Shown: piece by piece, positions 12,257 to 25,560 of the stretch
Layout of the letters: every line of letters starts with the position of its first letter
Position numbering within the stretch: position 1 is the stretch's first letter
NCBI RefSeq assembly: GCF_006345805.1
Contig: NC_042997.1
Location: 179,800,001-179,864,000 of the forward strand
Direction of reading: 5' to 3'
DNA length: 64,000 nucleotides
Source: Octopus sinensis
Taxonomy: Eukaryota
Notes under the pieces: generated by a model
The model's database searches: none
What the model was told of the DNA's origin: nothing
The model's input: the letters and a program-made list of their open reading frames with translations, nothing else
Position numbers and translations under genes: made by a program

Positions 12257-12946
12257 TGACGGAGCTTTCAGAATGAAGAGTAAGAAATATGCACTGAGCT
12301 GAATCGCGCATGGAAGATACTAAAGAATGCGAGTTGACACTTTTTTCGGTAATGTTCACTCATTCAGAACGCAACTGCCCTCCCACTCTGTTGTGCGCAT
12401 ATATATATGCCTGTGGAAATATTTAAGGCGTAAATACATAGCGTACACATTTGCGTAGGCGGAAATTCCTGTATCTGTGTGTGTGTGAGAGGGTGCAAGC
12501 ACGCGCGCGTGTGTATGTGAATGTAGCTTGAGTAGATATCACGTTTTTCACCTTTAACATTAATTCAGAAGACAGCAGTTTAGGATAATGGCAAAGTGTT
12601 GCTTAATGAAAGCTGGTCACGTGCCACTCATTCAGAACGTGATTTTTTTCTTTTTCTTTTCAGACTTTTATATAGGTAGCTCTGTGTGCACGTGCGTGTG
12701 AGATGAATTCGTTTATGTGTGTATGTGTGTGTGTGTATGTTTGTATTTCTTACTACAAATTGCCAACCCCTTTACACCCGCTCTTATATAGGAATGTTCT
12801 ATCTATCTATCTATCAATCTTTTTTTTTTCACGATCCCTTTTGATCGGAATTCGACCCCCTTTTTTTTCCTTCTCTTCTCCCCAAAAAGAAAAGCTCTAC
12901 TTTCTATTTTCTCCCTTCTGCGTTCAGCCCTGCGTGGCCAATAAAG

Positions 12947-13085
<139 letters not shown>

Positions 13086-13569
13086 GTATATATATATATA
13101 TATGTCTGTCTGTCTGTCAGTCTCTCTCTCTCTCTCTCTCTCTCTTTCTATCTCTCTCTGTTTATCTGTCTGTCGAATTATCTATCTATCTATGTGTGTG
13201 TATTTGTGTGTGTGTTGTGTGTGTGTTTGTGTGTGTGTTTGTGTGTGTGTGTATGGAAAGAGAGAGATGTGTGTATATGTCTATGTAGGAGTAGTGGTAG
13301 TGTGTATGTGTGTGTAGGGGTGCGTGCGTGTGTGCGCGAGCGCCCGTGCGTTTCCGTAAACTCAGACATCTCAAAAACATAGAAACACTTCGTTATACCG
13401 TTTTGTCTGTACGTACACAACCCATTAACACGAAGCCCAATAGGGTCAAATCATTAAACGCAGCGAAAGGCATGTTTACTAAATCACCAGGTTACGTATT
13501 TAAGTGCATCAAATGTATCTTTATGAAATAAATCTTTTAGAAATGAAGGTGGCTGTTTATTTTTGATAT

Positions 13570-13721
13570 TTATGCTGTGTGGTAAGTAACTTGCTTACCA
13601 GCCACATGGTTCCGGGTTCATTCCCATTGCATGGCACCTTGGGCAAGTGTCTTCTACTATAGTCTCGGGCCGACCAAAGCTTTGAGTGGATTTGGTTGAC
13701 GGAAACTGAAAGAAGCCTATC

Positions 13722-13725
<4 letters not shown>
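13570..13725 (+). mobile_element. SINE family A head only
   Basis: gctgtgtggtaagtaacttgcttaccagccacatggttccgggttca...gacggaaactgaaagaagcc, ending in (TA)n. Confidence 0.88.
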
Positions 13726-13764
<39 letters not shown>

Positions 13765-13819
13765 CATATACATATATATATATATGTATGTATGTATGTA
13801 TGCATGTATGTATGAATGT

Positions 13820-14761
13820 ATATGCAGAAGGTTGAAAAGGAACACACGTGTTGATATATATGGAAAAAGAAGTCAAGTTAGAATAATGCTAAACTAATTT
13901 TATAAAAAACATTTCAGTACCGGTTTCAGTCATTGATATTTTTCAACTGTATCAATTAAATAATTACATTTAGAAAAATTAAAAGAAAAGTTTTTTTAAA
14001 AGAATATTTGTATAGTGTTCAAATACAAGTGGCATTTCCCTTGTTTTTGCCTGTCTCTGTCTCTCTTGTTTACTCTTGTGGGTTCGAGGTCGTTGTGAAT
14101 TCTTGGTAGGGAAGAAGAAGAGAAGAAGAAGAAGAAGAAAGAAGAAGAAGAAGAAGAAGAAGAAGAAGAAGAAGAAGAAGAAGAATACGGAAGAGCCATG
14201 TTACTTGTATGTTAAATGGCCAAGTGCCCTGAAAGTGACCGTTGTGGATGGTAGTAGTGACTGAATTCTTGAGACATCTCTTTTGCATGCTTTGTTTATA
14301 AAATTTGCGTTGGTGTTATTCTAAACTGTAATAGTAGTAAAGTTATGAAGGAAGTGGTGGAGAGAAAGAAGACGAAGAAGAAGGAGAAAGAGAAGGGAGA
14401 AAAAGAAGGAATGTAGGTAGTATGATAGTAGAAGGGTGTTAAATGGTCAAGTGTCCTAAAAGTGACTCGTTATGGATTATAGCAGTGATTGGAACTGTTT
14501 TTTAATGAATTCTTCGAAATCTCTTTAGTATATGGTTTTTAATATTTGCATGTGTGTTTGTGTTATTCTAAGGCCGTGGTGGATATGTCGTTTGTTGTAG
14601 ACGCGTTCAAAAGGGGTCTGTATTTTGTATTAAAGAGAGTCTGTTACTAATTCGTTGGCTGCAGTTGTATCGTCCTTGAATTGGTTGAGTGGAAAAATTC
14701 TAAAGCTGTGATTTTTGCTATTGGAGCAAATGTCGATGTGTTTGCTGAATGCTATTTTCTG
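13820..14761 (-). mobile_element. Penelope-like 3' remnant (GIY-YIG C-terminus plus terminal repeat)
   Basis: Minus-strand translation near 14600-14760 gives IAFSKHIDICSNSKNHSFRIFPLNQFKDDTT...KYRPLLN (frameshifted); the downstream part matches 56250-56885 in reverse. Confidence 0.7.
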
Positions 14762-14804
14762 AATGCTATTCTCTGCACAGATCCCAAATCAAAATTCCCC
14801 AAAA

Positions 14805-15125
14805 CAGAAAAATAGCATTCAGCCAAGACATCGACATTTGCGCCAATAACTAAATTCCAAGTTTCAGAATGTTTCCCCTCTACCAATTCAAGGACGATAC
14901 AACCTGTAGCCAACGAATTAGTGAAGAGACTCTCTTTATTACAAAATACGGACCCCCATTGAACGCGTATACAACAAATCACATATCCACCACGGCCTTA
15001 AAATAACACAAACACACGCAAATTTTAAAAATAATACACTCATGAGATTTCCAAGAATTCATGAAAAAAATCACTGCTATAATCCATAACTAGTCACTTT
15101 TAGGTCACTTGACCATCTAATACCC
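14805..15125 (+). mobile_element. Penelope-like 3' fragment, inverted relative to 14434-14761
   Basis: RKIAFSQDIDICANN*IPSFRMFPLYQFKDDTTCSQRISEETLFITKYGPPLN resembles the R...E..FI.KY.P.LN end of PLE GIY-YIG domains. Confidence 0.72.
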
Positions 15126-15134
15126 TATTAATTT

Positions 15135-15245
15135 CGAATTGTGCAGAGATCGACTTTGCCTTTCATCGTTTCGCAGTCGATAAAATAAATACCGGTTGAA
15201 CACTAGAGTCGATGTTATCTCCAAAAATTGCTGGCCTTGTACACA
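15135..15245 (+). mobile_element. SINE family C truncated copy (tail 2)
   Basis: gatcgactttgcctttcatcgtttcgcagtcgataaaat...aaattgctggccttgt. Confidence 0.8.
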
Positions 15246-15365
15246 ACTTATCTTTATCATTATTATTATTCATAAAAGCAGAACGGATTAGACTGTTGGA
15301 AAAGGAAAAAATCCTAACATCGGGCTACAACTAGTAAACTTTGATGCCAAGAACCCACGTATACA

Positions 15366-15397
<32 letters not shown>

Positions 15398-15941
15398 CCC
15401 CACTCTTCCTCCTTTGCTGTCTCGTTGCTCGCTCGGCCTTCTTTCTTTTCCTAGCTTGAGTTTCTTTCTTTCTTTCCGACCAGCGGCAGAGATTAGATGC
15501 ATTCTTATCTGTCTCCTGTCAAAGCTTGTTCCTGCAGCGTTAACCACCTCACGTCATTAAGGCGTTGCAACTGTTTCTGTTTATTGCCCTGTCTTGTTTT
15601 TGTTACCATCTTTAACCCTCCGCAAAATCTCAAATGTTATTTAATTTGTTTTGCGGGAGCAACTGTTTTGTCGAAGACGCATCTTGTCGGGAATTGCTCG
15701 AAACACGGAGTAGAAAAACAGCCGACAACTGATGAAGGGTCGTTCTTTATGCTACTCATTTATTTTTTATTTGGTTCTTCGCTGTTCGCAAAAGAATGTT
15801 CGTAATCCATGTTTTCGCATTTTGTATTTCCTGTTGTTTTCGTATTTTATTCTGTTTATGTTTATTGACGACCTGTACCCATATATGCATATGTATATAC
15901 ATATGTACATAAGTATGTACATATATGTATATATGCATATA

Positions 15942-15992
<51 letters not shown>

Positions 15993-16189
15993 TACACACA
16001 CGCATATATACATATATGTATATATCGGCACACACACATATATAGACACAGACATACACATATATAAATATGGGGAAAGAAATTTCAGGAGGATCAGTTA
16101 ATCATGATTTTATTCAACATATTCTCTCAAATTCACACAGTTATTGTAGTTGTCTTCAGTTTTGCGAAGCCCTGTATAAAATCTTGGCA

Positions 16190-16715
16190 GTTTGGACAGA
16201 AAGATAGGTTTATTTTTTACAGGCAAGCTAGAAAGAAGTTAGATAGCATCATATGCAATGAAGCCAGTGATACCCACCCTAGATACACAGGCAAAGACCG
16301 GAACAATATACAAAGGGTTTGTGACAAAGCAAGCAAAAAGAACATGATACAGGGCTTGCAAATATGAAGGAGTGATTGTTGTAGACTTAGGGAGGCGCTG
16401 AAGCAGACCAAACTCAGCATTAAGAGTGTTGAGAAACCAGGGAACCCCATCAAGTCGTAATTATGTTAGACATATCCCTTCAAATATACCGAAGACACTA
16501 ATGAAAACTTCATGGAATGTAAGATTATCCCTGGCATTACTTGTGGAACTAGAAATGTAGTGCACAGCATTATGTGCGTAGATGATGCTTGTAAGAACAA
16601 AAATACAGCATACATTGAGGAGACATCTAGCAGTATCGTGGAGATAATATATAGACACTTGAAGCAATATTCTTTTCTACTCGAGGAACAAGGGGGAAAT
16701 TTGGGGGAAGAGGAC
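16190..16715 (+). pseudogene. Penelope-like element fragment: linker plus GIY-YIG endonuclease N-terminal half (second PLE family)
   Basis: KSVEKPGNPIKS, then ORF 16512-16754 ITCGTRNVVHSIMCVDDACKNKNTAYIEETSSSIVEIIYRH, matching the PLE pattern C.T.NVVY.I.C...YIGET...R...H; stops upstream. Confidence 0.75.
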
Positions 16716-16815
16716 ATTCGATTAGATCGACACAAGTACGCAAGTGGAATTTAATTTATCGACCCCGAAAGAATGAAAGGCAAAGTCGATATCGGTGGAA
16801 TTTGGACTCATAACG
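16716..16815 (-). mobile_element. SINE family C fragment
   Basis: taatttatcgaccccgaaagaatgaaaggcaaagtcgat...tttggactcataacgt. Confidence 0.8.
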
Positions 16816-17040
16816 TTCAACTGCTCTACACGCAACATGACATGACTCTCACCATATTCAACCTTTCCTTCTTCTCTTCTTGTCTCTTCTTTTTTTTTTA
16901 TTTGTTTCACAATATGATGAAGCTCCATCATTCAAATCAGTTTTTGAACAACAATGATAAATATTCTTTGAGCAACATAATGGTAATTCCAGAGAACATT
17001 GGTAGCAGAAACAACTGTTAGATTGGATGCAGTCAAATAA

Positions 17041-17434
17041 TCTTTATATATAAAAGTGAAGTTATGTGTCTGTCTCCTACGATTTAGATTCCTAACTACT
17101 CCCACATTTTGCGGTGCAGTTTAACCAAAACCGGGTATCTTATAGTCGTGATTCATATCGAGCCCTTGTGGGTATTAGCGCGTGTCTACGATGAGTCTAC
17201 GATTAAAAAAAAAATTACCAGCATTTTTTTCCATTTTAATGCATTTTTCGCTATTATATAAGTGGAGTAACTCCCTAAAAATGTCTACGATGAATCAACG
17301 ATTTAAAAAAAAATTACCATCATTTTTTTCCATTTTTAATGCATTTTTTTGCTATTTTTTGGCTATAACTCTCTAAAAATGCTTATATAGTTATTTCCTT
17401 TACAAACCCGAGCAACGCCGGGCGATACTGCTAG
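17041..17434 (+). mobile_element. Complete non-autonomous Helitron
   Basis: A|TC start at 17041, 3' hairpin cccgagcaacgccggg, CTAG end at 17431-17434 followed by T (AT insertion, no TSD); internal tandem duplication of about 100 bp. Confidence 0.88.
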
Positions 17435-17529
17435 TAATTGATACAAATCGATTGTTTTTCATTAATTTTATCTCCATTTTCTGTTTTCTTCTATATGTGT
17501 CTGTGTATATGTGTGTGTATTGGTGTGCG

Positions 17530-17745
17530 TGTGTGTGTTAGTGTTTGTTCCTTTCCCCCGCGCCATCGCTTGACAACCGATGTTGGTGTGTTTATGTCCC
17601 CAAAATTTAAAGGTAAGGCAAAAAAAAAAGGGCCGCTACAATAAGTACTAGGCTTACAAAGAATAGGTCCTGGAGTAAATCTCTGACTAAAGGCGATGCA
17701 CCAGCATGGCCGCAGTCAAATGACTGAAACAAGTAAAAGAATAAG
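17530..17745 (+). mobile_element. SINE B module
   Basis: cgcttgacaaccgatgttggtgtgttt...ccagcatggccgcagtcaaatgactgaaacaagtaaaag. Confidence 0.85.
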
Positions 17746-17786
17746 TGAATAAATGTATGTACGTATGTACTTATGCATGTTCTTTG

Positions 17787-18065
17787 CTCTTTTACTTATT
17801 TCAGTCATTTGACTGCGGCCATGCTGGTGCACCGCCTTTAGTCGACCAAATCGACCCCGGGACTTATTCTTTGTAAGCCCAGTACTTATTCTATCGGTCT
17901 CTTTTGCCGACCGCTAAGTGACGGGGACGTAAACACACCAGCATCGGTTGTCAAGCAATGCTAGAGGGACAAACACAGACACACAAACACACACATACAC
18001 ATATATATTCATATATACGACAGGCTTCTTTCAGTTTCCGTCTACCAAATCCACTCACAAGGCAT
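17787..18065 (-). mobile_element. Composite SINE: B module, microsatellite and partial A
   Basis: Reverse complement of the 7950-8240 region. Confidence 0.88.
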
Positions 18066-18136
18066 TGTATACACACGCAGACATTGACACAAACACACTA
18101 CCCAACACGCTCATGCGGCGCGCAAACCTGTCTGTA

Positions 18137-18211
<75 letters not shown>

Positions 18212-18328
18212 ACATATATATATATTGTTGGAATTTACCACAAAAAACTAAACAAAAGACGAAGACGGGTGTGTAAACAACAGATGCAGTAGTTTAACGC
18301 TCGGGAAGTGATGTAAGTGTGTGTGTAC

Positions 18329-18393
<65 letters not shown>

Positions 18394-18954
18394 GTATATG
18401 GTGTATGTATATATATATATATATATATGTATGTATATCGTATGCTAGAACGTCAGACACAATTAAATTCAGGTATATCTTGTTTTAATATAATTTATCT
18501 TTATATCTTTGTAGTTACAACTAAATCAGGCAACTGTAAGCATGGTCGACTGCAATCTAAAATATTTCATATTACTTGATTCAACTTAAACTGAATTATA
18601 TAATTTAATTTATAAAATCGGTAAAATATAATGACTTACGTATATTACTTAACTTCCCTCGTAATTACTTTATTTTTGTCTAATTGGAGTTGTTCACTTT
18701 GATGTGTAACCGACATCGTTACACGAACGCATGTTCACAATCATATACTTTTGTATGTATAACTACAACTACTCAGAAAGAGAGAGAGAGAGAGAAAAAG
18801 AGGGAGAGTGGGAGAGAGATGGGGTAAGAGAGGGAGTAAGAGAGAGGGGGAGTGAGGGAGATAGAGAGAGAAACGGGAGCGCGAGTTAGAGAATGCGAGA
18901 GCGACATGCATCTATATATGCATTTACACGCACACGCGCACACACACACACATG

Positions 18955-19010
<56 letters not shown>

Positions 19011-19694
19011 ATATACATATATATATACATATACATATATATATGTATATATATATATATAATATATATACACATACATACATATACATATATATATATT
19101 ACATGCATTCATATATATATATATGAACACCAACATATGTGTATGAGTGTGCGTGTGTGTCTGTGTGTCCCTACTTTCGTCCGTGTGAGGACTCATGATA
19201 TGCATCTACGTGCGTTTGCAAAACTGACCTTATGTACATTTACATCTACTTGTAAATTTTTTCCCTTACTTAATGTAATCCGTCCTTGTAGGGAGATAAA
19301 CACACATAAAGATAGACACACGCTTGCGTACATCAGCACTTTAATGTAGGCGTGTCTGTGCAACACACTGCTTGTAGAGTATATGCCAAGTTTGGTTGAA
19401 GATTTTCACTGAATGGAGCAGTGCATAGTAGTCTATCGCATTCGGTATGTTGTTGCCTTGAGAGTAGGCGCCTCGTTTTCGTATATTTTCATGATCGTGT
19501 AAAGATACGTATGTATAAATGTATGTATGCATGCATGTATGTTCATGTACGTATGATATGTGTATGGTTGTTTGTAGGTTTGTGAATGCTTGTATATATA
19601 ACTAATATATGCTTGTATATATCTATACAATGCACACTTTCAATTGCGATCGCACATAATTCTACTGTATACACATGCAGCCCAGAACTACTAC

Positions 19695-19780
<86 letters not shown>

Positions 19781-19884
19781 GTCTGTCTGTCTGTTTGGCT
19801 ATCCACATCTCCACTACATTTTCGTTTACACTCTTTCACGCTATCTTTATATGCAGTAACCCACAAGTATGCATATGAACATAA

Positions 19885-19935
<51 letters not shown>

Positions 19936-20627
19936 ATATATATATACATGTATGTATGTATGTATGTATGTATGTATGCGTATATGCCTATTTAGAGACG
20001 TCTGTGCGTAAAGAACTATGTATATATGTACGTTCGTATTTATGTAATGTGCATATGCGCGCGCGCGCACACACACACACACACACTTCTGTATCTATTG
20101 ATAGATGTATTTATATATACGTTTGGATACATGTGCACGTGGATTCACTTCATACACGCCTGCTGCATTTGATTCGTTCGCAGTCGAAAGACATCTGTTG
20201 TTATTTCTTGTTGTTTGTATTCGTAATTGTGTACCTTGTTCCTCGATGCTTGTTTGTTTGATTCTTGTTTTTACTGCGGTACACATTCGCTACCTTTCTT
20301 ACAAAGAGGTCTAATGTTCTTAGCTTAGACTTTTTTGGGTGCAACCAGATCGAACCATTTCAAGTGTAACTACCCAAAATGGTCGTGACTTCTGGGACTT
20401 GACTGTGGAAGGAAAGCCAAGAATGATCTGTCTAGTTTAGCCTGTCCATCTAATTGTTGTTTCTCTTGTCTGCCTTTGTATCGTCAATCTAGACAGATGG
20501 ACAGCCACACACACACACACAACACACACACACACACACACATACACACACATACACACGCACACACACACGCACACATACACACACTCACACACACACA
20601 CGCACACACACACATCTATATTAATAT

Positions 20628-20683
20628 CCGTGCCTGACGAGTTAGGTTCAATGTACAACCTAACAAAACGGTCAGTTGCATGG
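20628..20683 (+). ncRNA. Degenerate type I hammerhead-like motif
   Basis: ccgtgc CTGACGA gttaggtt-caatgtac-aacctaac AAAAC g GTC agtt gcatgg; perfect 8-bp stem II, but G12 is replaced by A. Confidence 0.45.
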
Positions 20684-21038
20684 TACCGAATAACACATTG
20701 CATTGTTCAGGCATACCCGCACATAGTGTGCACACTATATGCATATAAGCCGTGGACTGACGATATATTTAATTTCCGATCCTGTTCTGGTACCTGATGT
20801 TCATAAGCCACGAAAATGGCGGAACATCGATCTAAATCACTCCTGGATGTTATCAAAAATCAGTTGTCTCGCTTGTAGATGACTTTCATGTGTTTTAACA
20901 CACCGCGTTTTGAGAGAGTTCTCTCCATCGCGCTAAATCGCAACCTATCGGCAAATAAATGAAGCAGGTACATATGTACGTTATGTATATGTTATTGATA
21001 ATGATTATAACACTAACGCTGCTTCTGTTTCATATTTG

Positions 21039-21144
<106 letters not shown>

Positions 21145-21579
21145 GTTGAAAAAATATCGTTATAGGTATAAGCAATTATAGAAAAATGGATGAGGAGAAA
21201 AAGATGTTGAATCAAAATTAGATTTAATACAAAATAAGATCCAATACATACGCGCGTTTCAAAGGACAGTACAAATATATAAAAAATTATAACCATAGTA
21301 ATTATAATTAATTTTATGCATTGTCATTTTCAACAGTGAGCAATTTTTAAAAAATGAATGGCTCTATCTAAAATTCGAGAGATGAAAGAGTTTTTCTCTT
21401 GTAAACATATGTCCAAATTTCTTTTCATTAACCTAAAATAGTCTTATTGATTACATTTTTGTTTTTTTCTTATTAGCTCTTATTACACTCTGAAATTATG
21501 TGTATGTATGTATAAATGTGTACGCGTATATATATTGTACATAGGTATATATTTGTGTATGCATATATATGTATAATAT

Positions 21580-21623
<44 letters not shown>

Positions 21624-21713
21624 TCAACATCAAATATAGGAACAGCGCCATAATCTAGACCGCTGGTGGCAAATAATTTCTGCTGAATTTTTGCTACCCT
21701 ATATTGAAATATG

Positions 21714-21745
<32 letters not shown>

Positions 21746-21764
21746 GATATATATACATATGTTT

Positions 21765-22516
21765 TCCCAAAAAGAATGAGAGCAACACCTTCTCTGCAGA
21801 AGATACATCTTGGCCGGCCTATTTTAGAGCAGGTGAGGAAAGGTGTTTCCATTGTATGAATGATCTCTTTGTCTTTGATTCAATGCGATGAACCCCACAC
21901 TCATCCTGGGTTAGGAAATGTTCAATGAAACCAGCTGGATCTGCCTCAAACAATGTCACACTTTCCTTTTTGATCAGATATCAGAAGACGTAGTAACCAC
22001 CGAGCAGAAACGTTATAAATTCCAATTTGATTGTGCAGAACATTCTCAAATTACTCGCGGGGTATGCCAATAGCACTGGCTATTTGATTTATAGTCAATC
22101 GCGTGTCATATATTACCGTGTGAAGAACACAACCAATAATCTCCTCTGTGGTGGCAGTTCCAGGAAGTCCGATTTGAAGAATTTTTCTTACCTTTCTAAA
22201 TTCATTGTCTACTCTTGCACTATTGATAAAGCTGGAGCCACATCCACTAATATAACAACCAGGTCAGCACGTATATTATTGGGGTTAAACCCCTTTTATG
22301 CAGGTACTTGGTAACTCCTCGGTGCTGGATTTTGTCCATTTTCGAGAGAATTGCTTCATGTTATATTTGAAGTCTTCGTTGAACAGTCAGATGTCAGTTT
22401 ACTTGGTAAAATATATGCGGTTATAAATGAGATTTGAATTTAGTGCACGCAAGATTTCGCAGCTCCAGTATCATTGCGTTATATTCACCCTAAGAAATTT
22501 TCAGCTCATTCCTGTA
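21765..22516 (-). pseudogene. Degenerate mariner transposase, 5' portion with terminal repeat
   Basis: Minus strand: end tacaggaatgagctgaaaatttctt; MDKIQHRGVTKYLHKRGL...ATTEEIIGCVLHTVIYDTRLTINQIASAIGI...VSARWLLRLL (WVPRLL-like)...FLTQDECGVH (first catalytic D)...QWKH; stops and frameshifts. Confidence 0.88.
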
Positions 22517-23261
22517 TATCACTAAATCAGGTAGAGTATCGGAATGTAATTATACACCGCTGGCGATAATGCGCTATTGGCAATGTTCTAGCTTCCGAAT
22601 GATGCCATCCCGCTGCCAAGCTAGGCAGACCAATGGAACGCCAGTCTTTCGGAAGGTTACCCAATTACAGCTAAATGAAATGGAGCAACATGAAATGAAG
22701 TGTATATATATGAATAAGAAATACACATAAATACATATATATATATGTGTATGTATGTATATATATATATATATATATATATACAAATATATAAGTACAT
22801 AAACACACAACACACACACACACACCACATATATATATCTATATATATATATATATATAATATATATATATATACATACATATATATATGTATATGTATA
22901 TAATATACACCGTTTTCCCTGACAATCGAAAGAACTTTCATAGGATTGTGTGACTGCAAAATCCTGACCACTAAGCTACGTGCCTCCTAACACACACAAG
23001 CACATACACACATACACCTGCGTACAAAAGCATTTGTATGTATACCACACACACATAACATATATATATATAGATATATATATATAGATATATAGCTATA
23101 TATTCGATAGACCGAGTAAACACACAATAAATGTGAAACAAGGTGGAAAAAAAGAGTAACTCAAATACCAGTGGTAGAGTAAATGCTTTTTATTTAAGCA
23201 GCAGAACTGTTGAATTTTCTCTGCTTAAAATAAAGTATATATATATATATATAATATATAT

Positions 23262-23296
<35 letters not shown>

Positions 23297-23624
23297 CTTT
23301 GTGTGTGAATGTATGTATTTGATATTATATAAATCTATATGTGTGATACATTATCTATACACCACACACACGCACACAGAAGCACAGATATATATATATA
23401 TATATGTTGCGAGTGTAACACACAAATATATGTACACATCAATGTATAACGCCAATGTTGTCATGTTGAAAGCAAGTAGACAGAACAGAAGCAATGAAGT
23501 TCATTGTTGATCACCTTTACCGTTCGGATCATTGACTTTCACTTGTGCTACTAAATATTTTGGCATAAACAACATATCGTTGTTGCTGTTATTGTTGCGC
23601 TGTTGCTGTTTTTATTGTTGTTGT

Positions 23625-23659
<35 letters not shown>

Positions 23660-25260
23660 CTTATGTTGATGATGATGATGATGATGTTTTGTTGTTTTCG
23701 CTTGACAAAAACTTTCCTGATTACACAAACTTATGATGAGATGCATTTCGACTGAGATCATACCGTCATTTATTCACTAAAAAATCCAACTCGATCTACA
23801 CTGATTAAATAAAGAGACCCTTTTACTTATATGGTGTAATTTGAGAAAGATATAGCTGCTATTTCTAGGACGTCGGTAAGACAGTGTAGAGGCTCCCTAG
23901 TTAGCTCTTCGAATCTCACTGTGGTTCTGTTGCTTCAAATGTACTTCATGACGGACTATTTTTCAGCCATGGCTAGGATCATCTCATTTTTTTTTCGAAT
24001 TTCTGTAATTATGTCCTTTCTTTTTGCATTGGTAGTGTGTATTCCAATGGAGTTTTGTCTTTTATTTCTAGCAGCTAGAATATTTCTAGCAGCCAGTGGC
24101 ATAAGCCTTTCGTTGGCTCAATATCCTTTACAAAAAAAGAAAAGCAGCCAAATTTCCCCTTAGTCTCTCTACAGCATCGCCGCGGACGACTTTCTTTTCT
24201 ATTCTTGCAATTCGATTAAATATAAACAGTAATGCCTCGATATACGCGTTAATTTGTTTCCAGAGACCGCTAGTAAAGCGAAAACTTGTAAAGCAGAGCC
24301 ATCATTTCCCATAGTAGCAATGTTATAAATCGTAATTCGTTCTCAGAAAAAATATTTTACCTATAAAATTTATAATACTCGTAAATATATGGCAATGACA
24401 CATGTAAATACTTTATGTAAGGTAAAAAGAATGTTAACATCATCCATAATGACAAGTATTATTATTATAATCATTTTCTGAATCACTTACACTCGCACTA
24501 GACTCGCACACCATCACTTGTAGACGCGATCACCAATTCACAAGCACTCGTAGACGGACTTGTAGATTTCGTTTTAAAAGACAAGTTTAAATTTGCTTGC
24601 TTAGAAGTTTTCTTTGGCTTTCTATAAATTTTTCGATAACAAGCAGAAGCATTTCTTCCGGTAATAGAAACTTAAGCACTTCGATAAAAATTTGGATCTT
24701 TATATTTATTATAAAATAAAACTCGAAAACTTGAGGTCTCGTAATGTGTGTCTACGTAAAGTGAGGTTTTACTGTACCAGTAGAGTATGGGAGTCGGTGC
24801 AGTCAGCAATCCCTCTCCCTCTAATTTAAGCATGTCCTTCAATTCACCTAAAAACAGTGAAATGTCATAATCGCTAAAGCGTAGAAAACATGTTTTGTTC
24901 CATCAATTCCATATTTTTAAGGTCAATAGAGCAAACTGATTACAATTCCTTCTTGTAGAATTTTTACTTCATTTAAGCAATCACCAACTCAGACAGAGTC
25001 ATGAACATCAAATATTCCCATTTGATATGTCTTTAAGTGCAGGCACACATTATTGCATCGAAAATGCGAGCGACGATGGGGGGACAAACACAGACACACA
25101 AACACAAACACATACATATACATAAATCATCTCTATCATCTCTCTATGGTTTATTATACTGCCACTATCCATTTCCCTTTCTTTTGAATTATCACTTATC
25201 CCCACCTCTTCCTCCTTTCTGACCCATTCCAAATATTTCCTTATTTTGATTAATATATAT

Positions 25261-25306
<46 letters not shown>

Positions 25307-25325
25307 CCTTTCAACTTGTGACCTC

Positions 25326-25528
25326 GTGATCACCGCCACCAAAAAATTTTTTTTCCTCTGTCTTCCTTTCTCGGGGTCTTTCCTTCTCCTTTGTTTCCGA
25401 CGAAGAGCTCCGCTCGAAACGTTAAACCCTCCTTCTTCCCTTCTTCTTGAGCGTCCAATAATACTTTATTTGTTCCACGTCCTCGCGTTGCTGTGTTTTT
25501 TTTTGTTGTTTTCTTGTTTGGATTAACT
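25326..25528 (+). mobile_element. PLE-like remnant, hammerhead family 1
   Basis: ccgacga(25397-25403)-a-gagc tcc gctc-gaaacgttaa...ttgagcgtc(25455)-caataat; (TA)n on both sides. Confidence 0.65.
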
Positions 25529-25529
25529 T

Positions 25530-25559
<30 letters not shown>

Positions 25560-25560
<1 letters not shown>

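Noticed and set aside
15660-15760. tgtcgaaga...gctcgaaac and ctgatgaaggg motifs
   Set aside because: No convincing stem II or cleavage-site pairing could be built; possibly a PLE terminus.
16190-16715. Selenocysteine-recoded (Naiad-type) Penelope ORF
   Set aside because: Interrupting stops include TAA and TAG and no SECIS was identified; simple decay explains it.
21249-21260. Minus-strand GAAAC-GCGC-GTA palindromic stem III
   Set aside because: CUGANGA and stem II are absent; at most a PLE remnant.
23521-23550. 30-nt minus-strand exon candidate xAQVKVNDPNg (cadherin-like)
   Set aside because: Weak acceptor; the sequence resembles a decayed SINE C core (cctttcatcctttcggggtc).
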